DNA from: Podarcis pityusensis
Lineage: Eukaryota
Assembly (NCBI GenBank): GCA_964106645.2
Contig: OZ067046.1
DNA: 64,000 nt
Direction: 5' to 3' (one strand)
Shown here: one piece after another, positions 13,550-25,362 of the stretch
How positions within the stretch are numbered: the stretch's first letter is position 1
Layout: every line of letters begins with the position of its first letter
Program-made: the position numbers and the translations under genes
The notes under the pieces: model-generated
Seen by the model: only the letters and a program-made list of their open reading frames with translations
What the model was told of the DNA's origin: nothing
Database searches by the model: none

Positions 13550-14765
13550 TCAGCAGCCATGCAAGCTTTCCCACAGCAAAGTATCAACCAAATGTCTCAA
13601 CCCTGTTCTGGAGGAACCACCTGTTGAGGTGAGAAGGTAGTTCAGTCTCTTTATGTCCAGACTTGATTTGGCTTTTCTGTAGCAACTGCTGTTAAAGAGC
13701 CACACCAATAGCCCTAACAAGGATGTGGACTTTGGAGAAAAGCTTCCAGCCTTTTGTGTTGGCCACATCCATTAAAAAAAAGTGGTGTTAACTGATAACA
13801 CAGTATTTTGTTCTATGCAATGGAGGAACAAATTTGAAAATATGTCTCAATGATTTTTCTGGTTAAAGAGTTTTCACATCCCCTGCCATAGATTATCAGA
13901 AAATGACAACAGGGGAACATGGTCATTTTAGTTTCTTCTGCCTCCTGATTATTGTGAAGAGGCTGAGAAAACAAATCCTATGCTTCTCAGCAGGAAATTA
14001 TGCTGCTGTACATGCAGAAGGCATGCAGTTTTTGGTTAAAAGGGGGAAAAGGAAAGGTTTCTTCTGTCCCCCACTGCTGGTTTCAACCTTCTCTTTCACA
14101 ATGAAAGTTTGAGAAGGAGATGGAAGACTGTTGAGGCCACGCTTCACTTATTTGCTTGAGCTCTCTTGGGAAAACCTAAAGCAACTCAAGTCCCCCTTCT
14201 TGGCTGAGCATTTTCCAGAATTGTTTGTAGAGGGTGGGGGGTGAATGCAAAGTGAAGAACGATGTTGTGGTTTTTAATTTGTTTTATTTTTAAAATTTAT
14301 ATCCTGACCTTCCTCCCAAAGGAGCTCAGGGTGGGAAAATGGTGTGGGAAGTAGTTCCAGATGCACTTGAGCAGAAAGTTCCACTCTGCCTTTCCTTTCT
14401 GTCCTTCTGCAGCTAGTCTAGAATTCATATCTGTAATGGGGAAAAGGCAACAGTTACTTTGCAGCAAAACCTATGGGCAGATGGTGCATTATATGTGAAA
14501 GATATTTCCATGCCTTGTTCTACAGTAGCAATCTATTATCGATCACAATTCCTGTGATCTGCCAGAGGCTTCTCTTTGAAGGTGTTCTTAGTGCATTAAG
14601 TGAGAGGAGCAAGGCACATGATGTTTCTAGTGGCTGTTCTCTAGCTATGAAATATCCCCCTCCTTAAAGTTTGTCAAAGTCCAGAAGCAATGTTAAATTT
14701 CTTTTATTTAAGAGATACTTATTGGGATAGTTTAGCTCCATATTTTAATCTGTATTTTTTTTGTA

Positions 14766-15007
14766 CAGTGGTACCTCTGGTTACAAACTTAATTCATTCC
14801 GGAGGTCCGTTCTTAACCTGAAACTGTTCTTAACCTGAGGTACCACTTTAACTAATGGGGCCTCCTGCTGACGCCGTGCCGCTGACATGCAATTTCTGGT
14901 CTCATCCTGGACCAAAGTTCTTAATCTGAGGTACTGCTTCTGGGTTAGTGGAGTCTGTAACCTGAAGTGTTTGTAACCTGAGGTGTTTGTAACCCAAGGT
15001 ACCACTG
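14766..15007. mobile_element. Tigger-like MITE, family A copy 2
   Basis: TA|CAGTGGTACCTC...AGGTACCACTG|TA. Colinear with 1331-1556. Confidence 0.9.
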
Positions 15008-15014
15008 TAGTCAT

Positions 15015-15595
15015 ATACAATCCAGATTACAGTGATGTGCTCTATGTGTGCCTTGCTCTGCAGAGCCTGGAGACTCTTCATGTGGTGCAAAACTACTTTG
15101 GATTCATTTGCACTTGTTTCCAGTTGGTTTCTGCATGCAATGCAAAGCCCCAGTCCTAACCTACAAAGACTTAAATGGTTTGGGGGCAGGATATTTGAAG
15201 GGCTGCCTTGTCCCATGTAATGCTGTCTGTCGACTGTGCTCCGTACTGGAGGCCCTGTGTCTCACCAGTTTCAGAAGCATAAAAGACAGCCAAGCATTGC
15301 CTTTTTTTTTGTTGCAGCATCTGCATTGTGGGCATCCTCTCCCTACAGAGGAAATTCAGTTGGCTTCCTCTCTCTTATGCTTTAGGTGCCTTCCTAAGAC
15401 TTAAAAAAAAATCAAATCAAGCTTTTAATGTGGCTTAGAGCTTTGTCTCCCTGTTTCAGCGCTGAATTGTTTTATATTTCTCTTGGTTTTATTGTATGGA
15501 ACTGATTTTATTAATTTTGAACTGCTGTTTTTTGTGAGATGATTTGAGTTTGTTTTATAAATAAAAGCCAGGTATGTATATTTTTAATAAATAAA
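15015..15595 (+). mobile_element. Old L2-clade LINE 3' fragment
   Basis: Degenerate DYSDVLYVCLAL...LHVVQN (L2 ORF2 RLDYCN.L..GLP...LQ.VQN motif), followed by a T-rich 3' UTR and an aataaataaa tail. Confidence 0.55.
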
Positions 15596-15683
15596 GGAGA
15601 TGTATCCAGATACAAAACATAATAACAGCAACAAACCCAGGGCACAACTCATGCTTGTTCAATTCACTGATGGCCTTTTCATT

Positions 15684-16226
15684 GGGTTGTATCCAATGGT
15701 CCTCTTCTAGTTACGGAAGGGCTTTTGCATCCATGAACAGAAAGCAAGGGAGGCAATTTTCACCGCTTATCTCTTCATCCTGCAGCTCCCAGTTCCCTTA
15801 AATTCTGTTCTGGAGGATTTGGGAATCTCTAGCCAGTGTAAGAAGTATTGCAGGGTGCAGCAGGGGAAGAGGTAATAGGTGAAAATTGTCTATCCCAGTT
15901 AAGTTGTGGGTGAACATATCAGACGACACAGCAATTCTTCAAACAGCTCTTGTTTATTCGCAGGCCTGAACTGAACTGAAGGGTTCAGCCAGCCTGCTTA
16001 TATAGAGCTCCACTACAACACAACTGTAACAACTTTCAGTAACTATCCAATCACTGAACGTCACTTTCAATCCCTTATTTGCATATGTGGACCTGAGTGA
16101 AAACTATCTACAGTATCCCCCTGCTGGCCCAGGGTGAGAACATCAGTACATAGCAATCCCCATTCCATTATTAGGCCTTCACTTTCAGGAATTGAAAGAC
16201 CCCTTCTACTCCAATAGATACAACCC
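15684..16226. mobile_element. MITE with GGG-start TIRs and 3-bp TSD (PIF/Harbinger-like), interrupted by a solo LTR
   Basis: GGGTTGTATCCAATGG / CCAATAGATACAACCC match at 14/16 positions. ATT on both flanks. Confidence 0.6.
15897..16155 (-). mobile_element. Solo LTR (~259 bp)
   Basis: 5-bp TSD ATCCC at 15892-15896 and 16156-16160. Ends (a)gtta...tagca resemble decayed TGTTA...TAACA. On the minus strand, TATATAAG is followed by AATAAA. Confidence 0.7.
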
Positions 16227-17426
16227 ATTAATTTTTATGTAGCTGAATTTTTCTGAAGGAACTCAGTGATACTGCAAAACTACTTCATTTTTTGAAGAAT
16301 TTCAGAACTGCAGGTGGTGTTTTGGCTTCGTATTTTTTATAATAAATTATGTCTGAAAAAGCTTGTTGATTGTGTAAATGTGTAAGTGAGGCAAACATGA
16401 GGGAAAGCAGCTGTATTCTAGTAGGGCAAGAAGTTATTGCTTGAGCTGTATGTTAACCTTGGTCAACTTCAGAAATCCCTGGGAGGATATCGGTGAAAGT
16501 GACTACAAAACTTTGGTGTAATGCAGTCCTTACAGGTTCTGGTACTGGTCTAAGTCATGAGCAATGCTTTTAAATAATTTTGCATTTTACATTTAATGGA
16601 ATTTTACAACTCTCCCACCCTGCCCTATGTGTGGATACATAGAATTTGTGTTGCGTGTTCATTTTTACCTGAAGCAAAATACTGCTTTTGTGTAGTAGCA
16701 ATGCACTCTGAACTATAATGAAACAATTTTCACTGTCCTCCCAGTTAACATAAATCTAGTGACTTTTGGTTAAAGTAAGTACAGTTCTAGATCTACCCAA
16801 GGGCATTAAACAACAACAAACCTCTTTCATGTATCTGGAAATGAGAGAAAATTAAAAACACAGAAATATCTTAACAACCTGATTATCCCAGGGTATTATA
16901 CATTTTCCAGGAAGAAATCCAAGATGTATGAGGGGGGTGGGGGTGTCCTTTCAGGCTTTATGTTTTATTTATGATTTGAAGCTTATTTCAGCCACAAAGC
17001 ACTTCAAATGTGGCAACAAAAAAATCTACTGGCCAAAATTTTGATACTACTGATCTCAGTTTCAAAATAATAAACAAGGTTGAACTGAGAGATGGGATTT
17101 GAGTTCTAACTTCATTCTTAAGCTTCAGAAAATAGAGCTAAGCAGCTGGCAGAAAAGTAGGGTGCAATTAAGCAGGGAAATGTCATTCTTTTATGTTGGG
17201 CATCTGAACCACAAAAAAATCTTGAGTGCGGTTTTTATCTCTATGGCCACGTTTATATGTACATTTCTCTGTTTGGTGTTCATCTGCTTGACACCAACCA
17301 AGCATAAGCTTCTCCATCACAGGAGCATGTGGTTTTAAGCCTTTGTTGCTTTTTTGGTGAACCGAGGCAATATCTCTTCTGAACTCAGCCAGCAAGGTTA
17401 GCCACAATTATTGTAATGACTTCTAA

Positions 17427-17579
<153 letters not shown>

Positions 17580-17673
17580 TAATATAGAAGATCAAGAAGT
17601 TCCCACATATCACTGCTGTCTTGTAATCTGTGAAAGTAAGTGCACTGTTAGTTTAGAAGACTGTCTGGTGTAG

Positions 17674-17882
17674 TCAAAATAAAAAAATCCTTCCAGTAGC
17701 ACCTTTAAGACCAACTAAGTTAGTTCTTGGTATGAGCTTTCGTGTGCAAGCACACTGTATCTGAAGAAGTGTGCTTGCACACGAAAGCTCATACCAAGAA
17801 CTAACTTAGTTGGTCTTAAAGGTGCTACTGGAAGGATTTTTTTATTTTGACTATGGCAGACCAACACGGCTACCTATCTGTA
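17674..17882 (+). mobile_element. Penelope-like element remnant (inverted pseudo-LTR arrangement) with 14-bp TSD
   Basis: ACTGTCTGGTGTAG at 17660-17673 and 17883-17896. Perfect 86-bp inverted repeat. Hammerhead motif. Tail ggcagaccaacacggctacc resembles squamate Penelope ends (from recall). Confidence 0.8.
17757..17794 (+). ncRNA. Minimal type-I hammerhead ribozyme motif
   Basis: GUAU-CUGAAGA-A-GUGUG(CUUG)CACAC-GAA-AGCU-C^AUAC. Contains the CUGANGA and GAAA cores, stem II, palindromic minimal stem III, a UC cleavage site and stem I GUAU/AUAC. Confidence 0.75.
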
Positions 17883-18570
17883 ACTGTCTGGTGTAGGTTA
17901 GTATCAGAGTCTTTTCACTAAATGCACATGCGGGGGGGGATGGAGAGGGAGATTTAGAATTTAAAACTCTAACCATGACTAGTAAAGTGGCATGTAGTTT
18001 ATCAATAAACTAGTGATGCATTGTATCTTTGGCAGGGAACGGAGTCTTTGTCTGTTTGATTCAATAGAAAAAGGATCTTTAATATACCATTAGGCTGAGA
18101 GCTACAGAAAGACAAATGTGTTTATTATTTAACAAACATCCCTGGGTGGGGAGTCCTTCTGTCAATGTGGGCAATACAAATGAGTTCTTCAGAAGATATA
18201 ATCCTGGTTCAATGCTCAAAATTGACGTGCCTGTTTCCATCTACTCCTTACCCAGGAATAGCCAAATTTGTACAGCACACTTTGTCTCTCTTGTATAAAA
18301 CTCCAGTGGTGAGTATCCTTCTCCTCCTGACCTTACTGCTTAGTACCATTCACCAGTAAATCCTGCCCATTTTGTAATGAGCTTCCCTTTTTTCAAGATA
18401 TGTCATTGGCAGGCAATGGTCGGTAAACTCCTAATGACCATAATTCATGTGGTGAATGGTGGTAAATGATACACATGCAGCCTAGGACATTCACCCAAGG
18501 AATGTGGATCTCTACAGAGAGTGTGATGTATGTTCTAATTCAGTCCTTTGTGCTGCCTGTGATTAGCATA

Positions 18571-18735
18571 GGGAAGGGGCATAGGTTAGATGGTTCGATC
18601 CCTGGAATCTCCAGGTAGGGCAAGAACAGCTGCTGTCTGAAACCCCAGAGAGCTGCTGCCAGTCAGAGTGGAAAATACTGAACTAGATGGATGAATGGTA
18701 TGGCTTGGGATAAGGCAGTTTCCTGTGTTCCTATG
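18571..18735 (+). mobile_element. tRNA-derived squamate SINE. Related degenerate copies at ~9573-9720 (+), 922-1328 (-, interrupted), 58000-58175 (-) and 59310-59420 (-)
   Basis: B-box GGTTCGATCCC. Body gagagctgctgccagtcagagtg...aatactgaactagatgga. Tail ttcctgtgttcctatg. Confidence 0.7.
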
Positions 18736-19241
18736 TTAGCACACATGAAGGGGAATATAATTGTATTCGTGGATATTTGAGGGTGATATAGAAGGTGAAG
18801 TCATTGCAGAAGAATTAAAGTCCTTATGCAGAAATTTACCTCATGATTCAAATATCATCTGTGTCCTGAACTTGGTTGCCTTAGTCGTAAGTTAGCTCCT
18901 CAAGAATGGTAGCCTCAGATGATCTGCCTTAAAGAATTGCAGGAAGGATTACAACCTGATACATAAAGCATTGTGAACACTTTAAAAGCATTATATAAAT
19001 GCTAAGTATCATTGTAACCTGATACATTTTTAATGTGATGTTGCTCTCCACATGCCTGTGTTACAAGGCAAGTTTTAGCCAATAATAATAATAATTCATA
19101 CCCTGCCCATCTGGCTGGGTTTCCCCAGCCACTCAGGGAGGCTTACAGCATATATAAAAACAGCTAGAGTACTGCAGTATCCCATGTGAATTTGGGGGTC
19201 TGTTCAACAAACAAAAACATTTCAGTACCATTCCCCACTGC

Positions 19242-19410
19242 CAGTGGCGTAGCGTGGGTTGTCAGCACCCGGGGCAAGGCAAGTAATTTGCGCCCCCTAA
19301 CCCTGAGTGAGCCAGGTAGGGGCAGAGAGCTGCGAGTGCGAGCGCGCGCCCCCCCCAGATGTTGCGCCCGGTGCGGCCGGCCCCCCCGCACCCCCCACGC
19401 TACGCCACTG
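19242..19410. mobile_element. Young hAT MITE (169 bp)
   Basis: Perfect 17-bp TIR CAGTGGCGTAGCGTGGG / CCCACGCTACGCCACTG. Perfect 8-bp TSD CCCACTGC at 19234-19241 and 19411-19418. CpG-rich. Confidence 0.93.
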
Positions 19411-20439
19411 CCCACTGCTACTTTGAAGCAATTCAAAGGAAATTAAAAGTTGTGGCTGTGAAAGTCAAAGAATTCCCTATAGACTTCAAAATCTGTTTCT
19501 CCACCTTGAAATCCATTAGGCATTTTTAAAATCTCCTTAATGCCTGATCATCTTGATCGTTGTTCCTCTGGTGCCCAAGCATGCGAGTTGAGATTTTGTT
19601 TGTGTATCTTTTGTATGACTCATAGAAGACCTGAGATTCTTAGATAATCCTTTGAGACTCAAAGGTGACATGTACAGAAATGAATAAAATGTGCCATGTT
19701 TGTACAGCATAATTGTGCTTGTAACAAGTTTCTGAAGGTATTGAATGATTCTCTTGTTTGCTAGGCTGACCTTGTATAGAGTAAGCAAAATCCTGTGAAA
19801 TGCCAAACACTACCCCGGTCCAATATTGTGCTGAAACAGTTAATTTTTCATTCACTTCAAAATTGTATAGCCTTCGTATCTCTATAAAAAAATTTAAATG
19901 TGTAATGCCCAACTGTCAATAAAACAAAACCAACACAATACTATGTAATACAATAAACTGAACTGTAGAAAACACAACTTGAAAAAAGAGACAATGCACG
20001 TATTTTTGTAAACTAAGAAATCTTTAATAACAATATGTTTTTTTAAATACCATGCAATACAATAAAATTAGTATATCTGCTTGCATTTTATGTTTTGTTG
20101 TATTCACAATAGTATGTGGCTGTCTGCAGCTTGCATTAGTTTTTGTGAGTTTACATTTTTCAGTGGTTTCAGAATGGTCAGGCAGGGCCAAATATATAAA
20201 TAGTGATGACCAACATTTCCTATCTACGTTTTTAGCTGTTTCTATTTTAGCTGTAAGCCGCCTTAACTTTTTCATTGCTGAGAAATGTGCAAATTCATCT
20301 TCACTTGAGTAATTTGTAGAATAGGAAAATACCTCCAAGATACACCTGGAATGCACACTGAGTGTAGATTTCTAAAATGGATGCCTGAAAAATGTGCTTT
20401 CTTGGACATCTTTCAAGGAACTGTAGCAGGAGGATTATA

Positions 20440-20683
20440 CAGTCGTAACTTGGTTCTCGAATGGAATCCATTCAGGAAGTCTGTTTGACTTCCAAAAACA
20501 TTCAAAAACCAAGGTGCAACTTCTGATTGGCTGCAGGAGCTTCCTGCACTCAAACTGCGGAAGACACATTGGACATTCGGATTCCAAAAAAAGTTCATAA
20601 ACCGAAACACTCACTTCTGGGTTTGTGATGCTCGGGAGCCAAAACGTTTAGTCACAAGGTGTTCAAATACCAAGCTATGACTG
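20440..20683. mobile_element. Tigger-like MITE, family B
   Basis: TA|CAGTCGTAACTTGG...CCAAGCTATGACTG|TA. Confidence 0.8.
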
Positions 20684-20806
20684 TATGCCACATGAAGTTA
20701 GGATACTTTTAAAAACAGTAGTTTTATAAGCACCCCTTAGTATGATAGTGGAAGTTAAGCTAAGTCTACTACTAACATAGCTTTATTCCTTTTCTCCCTC
20801 TGCAAG

Positions 20807-20967
20807 GTGAAAGAACCTTTAAGTGTGATCACTGTGATGCAACCTTCAAAAGGAAGGACACATTGAACGTTCACATACAAGTAGTTCATGATGGCCATAA
20901 GAAATACAAATGTGATTTGTGTGACAAAGCCTTTGTGACACCGTCTGTGCTTAAGAGTCATAAAAAA
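20807..20967 (+). CDS. PRDM5: PRDM5 coding exon (161 bp; ~exon 12): [54 protein letters not shown]
   Basis: Pyrimidine tract plus aAG acceptor (20805-20806) and donor GTAAGT at 20968. Two C2H2 fingers. Phase 1 in, phase 0 out. Confidence 0.97.
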
Positions 20968-22607
20968 GTAAGTATAACCCGTAGCTTGTAAAAACTGAGG
21001 TCATTGTAATAGGTTAAATTCATTCAGTGTGTACTATGCTTACCTTTGAATATACAGATAATGGAATTTATTTTAAGGTAAATATTTTCAGCTGCGGATT
21101 GTCCATACCAACAGAGTAATAAATACTTATGAAAAGTGATAGCATATGCAAATATTAGAATTAAGGTAGCTGTAAACACAGTTTTCAAGAGCAAGCAATG
21201 AAGACCTCCAAGCTTATTGGTGTGGTCCAATCTTATTTATGAATCAGTGGAGCTGTTTTAAGACTCCCCAACAATCTTTATTCCTTTGACTGCGACTTAC
21301 TACAATTTTTTCCTCATATCTCACTCTCATTCCTTATTCTGATAACAATAGGATTGTTCATTAGCTTCAGAGAGAAATCTATGCAAGAACTTGTATTATT
21401 TTAATTGGTTGGTTTGGGAAACATTGCAAATGTGGATGTAGACAAATACCCAGAAGGGTATGAAAGGCTGGAATAAATCATTCTTTCAACATTTCTTCTT
21501 CCATTGCCTTTGTATACCTGCTGACAGCTATTGAAAAAGCCCAATGACTCAAAGTACATAGCTTCTTGGGGAAAAATGCTAAACTCTTCCCTTCTTTGTT
21601 AAGCAATTGCACGTTGTATGCCCTCTCAGGGCCAAGGCTGTGGTCTTGAGTTTGAAGTATTGACGGGTTTGTATTTGTCTTCACTTTGATTTCATTATTG
21701 TTTTGTGCTGTTGCATTTGATAAGATGAGCTATGTCAACACTCTCTCCACCTCACTCTGTAAGTCCTGACTTTCGATGAACAGAGTAAATATTGACATTG
21801 TTTATCCACTAGGGATGCAGGAGTTAGTGGCAGGATTTATTACGATTAAAAGAAGTCTCTAGAAGGTCATATCCTCTGTCACCTTACCTAACTGGCAGGT
21901 AGACTTATGGTTTTGATTAAACTCTTAACAGTTTTGTAATGGAAAAAAGTTAACTATATTGATTTTTAAAATAAAATAAAATCCTGAACTAGTAGGCAGA
22001 AGCCTAAACCTTCGTTTAGAGGATATTTTTTCTTACAGTTGTATCCATGGAGAGATCAGGAATATATGTAGAGTTTTTGCCCTCTCATTCTTCTTCATTG
22101 GTTCTTACTGTGGAAAGAACTGGAAGTGACTGAACTGGAAAATCCTGCATTCGAACAAACGCAGTCTGCCTGAACTTTGCAAGACAGCACCCATTTGAGT
22201 GGCCAGAAGCACCCAGTGTCTGCACTGTGATGTCCTTGGCTTTGATTTTTATTTATTAGAGCTTTTCTAATCAGCCCTTCAGACTCTTTCCAAATAAAAA
22301 GGTGCCAAATCTAGTTTGTGGGGCACGAGTGTTCCATAATCGTGAGTGCAGTCACTGAGAAGGCCTTTGCTCTTGTTCCAGACAGCTGAGTTTCCACCCT
22401 AGGTGGCGATGTCCTTCTGATCTATAGGAGTGGGCAGGGTAGTAAGGGAGGAGGTAATTCATACAGTATACTGGACCTAAGCTGTTTTAAAGGGAATCCT
22501 GAGAGTGTGGTATTGCTCTCCCCTCACAGTTGTCACCCTACAGTGGTGGCCTCTTTTACTTCTCACCACTTTATTTCACTGGCAGTGGCTGTTGGAGTCT
22601 TAAATAT

Positions 22608-22753
22608 ATAACTGAGTTGGTAGAACATGAGACTCGTAATCTCAGGGTCATTGGTTCATGCCTCACATTGGGCAAAAAGATTCCTGAATTGCAGAGGGTT
22701 GGATTAGATGCCCCTCACAGTCCCTTCCAACTATACAATTCTATGATTCTATG
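22608..22753 (+). mobile_element. SINE with tRNA-Lys-like head and CR1-type 3' tail
   Basis: Head gagactc.taatctcagggtc.t.ggttc..gcc.cac.ttgggc resembles tRNA-Lys(CTT). Tail cccttccaact...attctatgattctatg is a CR1-type terminal repeat. Confidence 0.75.
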
Positions 22754-23618
22754 GTGTCACCTGGGCAAGCTATATTTTGGTGTCATCAAAAAACCTTAAG
22801 TTTCCTATTTAAATCAATCAACTTAAATGTCCTTGCCATAATTATTCCCATTGTATTTTACTGTGGCTAGGTCCAGCATTCCATCTCATATTCACTAAAA
22901 TTCCAAAATGTTCTTTTAAACAAGATTGCTGGATTAAGTCCCTTTGCAATGAACATAAACTACAGTCAAAGTTGTGTAAAAAATGTACTTTCTCATTGCT
23001 ATCTAGTCACAATGAATCTTTCAAGTAGTCATCTTTCTCACAATAGTTTTTATAATGCTCAAAATCTTCTTTTCCAGCTATAGTAAAAGTGTTTGTGGGC
23101 CAAAGTCTCTTTAACAATTTTATTGAACAATAGCATTAGTAGAACTGGACACAAACAGAAGTTTTAAGTGAACTTAAGGTTATCATTAAGAAATCAAGCC
23201 AGTGTTTGCTATAAAAACTGTAGTGCAAATATGGAAGTAACAAGGGCCTTTTTCTTCAGCCGCAAGCAGTTTCAAGAACCAATAAAGATTAATTGAATTT
23301 TTATGAGCCAAACCATTTGAGAAATAAAAAACAAATTTGGCCTGTAGTTAAGTTAGATAACCTGGTTTGTTTTGCAATGAGTAGCAGTATTCATTCAGGC
23401 ATTTTGTGGTGTTGTCCTAAAGAGTAATTGTAATCTTAAAGTGTAACCATTATTAAACTCTTAAAACCTGAGTTTGATATTATAGTGTGATATGTAATGG
23501 AAGCTGAAGAAATTAGACTCTTGGAGCAATAAGAATAATAAACATTATTAATTTATGTTTTCTTTCGCAGCTAAGTTAACTCTTTCTCTTTTCCCTCCTT
23601 CCCCCTTCTTCCTGGTAG

Positions 23619-23735
<117 letters not shown>

Positions 23736-24544
23736 TGAATAACATTTCCTAGGCACTTGAATTGCACCATTTCATAGTGTAGATTTGCCTATTTGTATTG
23801 AAGGACAGTTTCCATAACTCCCCTGTAAAAATCACTGGTGCCGAAATTTGGAATTAGTTGCTTAAAAAATGAAATCTAATAGGATAATCATTATAGAGAA
23901 CCCTAACTTCTACTTACCATACTTTAATATTTTCACAATACAGTTTGCAGTGCATGTGCTCCTGGAATTTTACTTTAACCCTTTAGTTACTCTTTGCCAA
24001 AGGAACCAATCAGTTTAAACGTTCACATTTGAAACCATGCAAACACCAACCATGCTTTAAGAAACATCTATGTAGTTTATGCCCTTGTTCAACATATCTT
24101 TCTCACTCATGGTTAGGTGCTCATTTCTGATTTAGCTAGTTGACTTTTGGCCCCTGTTTCTCTTGAATGTCAGGCAAAAGCTTTTTTTCCTGCGTAAAAA
24201 TTCTTCGCAAGGAACAGCTACACGATCCCTTCTGTTTTAGACCTGCATTATGCACGCTGCCACCGCCTGTCCTTCTGCTTGTGTTGCAGCCTGCAGTGGC
24301 TGTATGTCATTCAACTGTAGTAAGCAAGGTACATGTTGTGATGCATGACACTGTGACACGTGTGGTTGGAAAACACACCATATTACACATACTGATGCAC
24401 ATTGATGTTGCACTAACATTCAGAGATACTTTAAAATCTCAAAATTCTGGAGAATTACTGTCCTAGTCTGTGCTGCTGCTGCTGCTGCTGCTGTTATTAT
24501 GTGGCTCCAAACAGAACTGATGATGATGATCATGATGATGATAA

Positions 24545-24672
24545 AGCGATAAAACATCAGACTTTAAAAACTTCCCTGTCTAAAAGTCAGACAGTTGTTT
24601 ATTTCCTTGACATCTGATGGGAAGGCATTCCACAGGGTGGGCGCCACTACCGAGAAGGCCCTCTGCCTGGTT
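24545..24672 (-). mobile_element. L2-clade LINE 3' fragment with internal deletions
   Basis: Colinear with 63726-63872 (aaaacttccct...gttgtttatttccttgacatctga...gagaaggccctctgcctggtt). Confidence 0.75.
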
Positions 24673-24861
24673 GAATTTGTAACTCTTCAAGGAAATGATG
24701 AATTACTGAGTGGACCTCCAATGTAGCTAAAAGTTGGAAGATTCGTGACATACAAAAGAATGTATTTGTTTAACAACTGTTATATACTGCTTGATTCTTA
24801 CAATACTTCTAAGTGGTTTACAAGAAATATTAAAATGATCAGTAAAAATAGTTCCTCAAGG

Positions 24862-24864
<3 letters not shown>

Positions 24865-24908
<44 letters not shown>
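24865..24908. repeat. (TTA)n microsatellite
   Basis: Read directly. Probably the tail of an adjacent minus-strand retroelement end. Confidence 0.95.
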
Positions 24909-25039
24909 TACTTGCCCTTCCTCCTACGGTCCCAGGGTGGGTTACAACAATTAAAATACAACATCAAAATAAAGTATTGTAAAAAAAAACTTACAGTCAC
25001 AAAAAATAACATGAGGGATAAAAACTTTTATCTGTCCAC

Positions 25040-25362
25040 TTTCTCCATACTGTGCATCATTTTATACAGGCCTCCTCTTATTCGTCTTTTCTCTAAACTA
25101 AAAAGCCCCAATTGTTGTAACTTTTTCTCATAAGGGAGTTGCTGCATACCCTTGAACATTTTGGTTGTCCTTTTCTGATCTTTCTCCAACTCCACAATAT
25201 CCTTTCGTGAGGTGAGGTGACCACATCTGTATATAGTATTCCAAATGTGATTGCACCATAGATTTGTATGGTGGCATTTTGATAATTTGCAGTTTGCCTT
25301 TCAGCTCCCTTCCTAATGATCCCTAACATTAAATTTGCCTTTTTCACTGCTGCCACACACTG
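25040..25362 (-). mobile_element. CR1 LINE ORF2 C-terminal fragment (frameshifted)
   Basis: Minus-strand translation QCVAAVKKANLMLGIIRKG matches the CR1 post-RT motif. Downstream frames are broken. Confidence 0.85.

Noticed and set aside
22608-22675. tRNA-Lys-like sequence
   Set aside because: The stems are decayed and it is fused to a CR1-type tail, so it is a SINE head rather than a tRNA gene.
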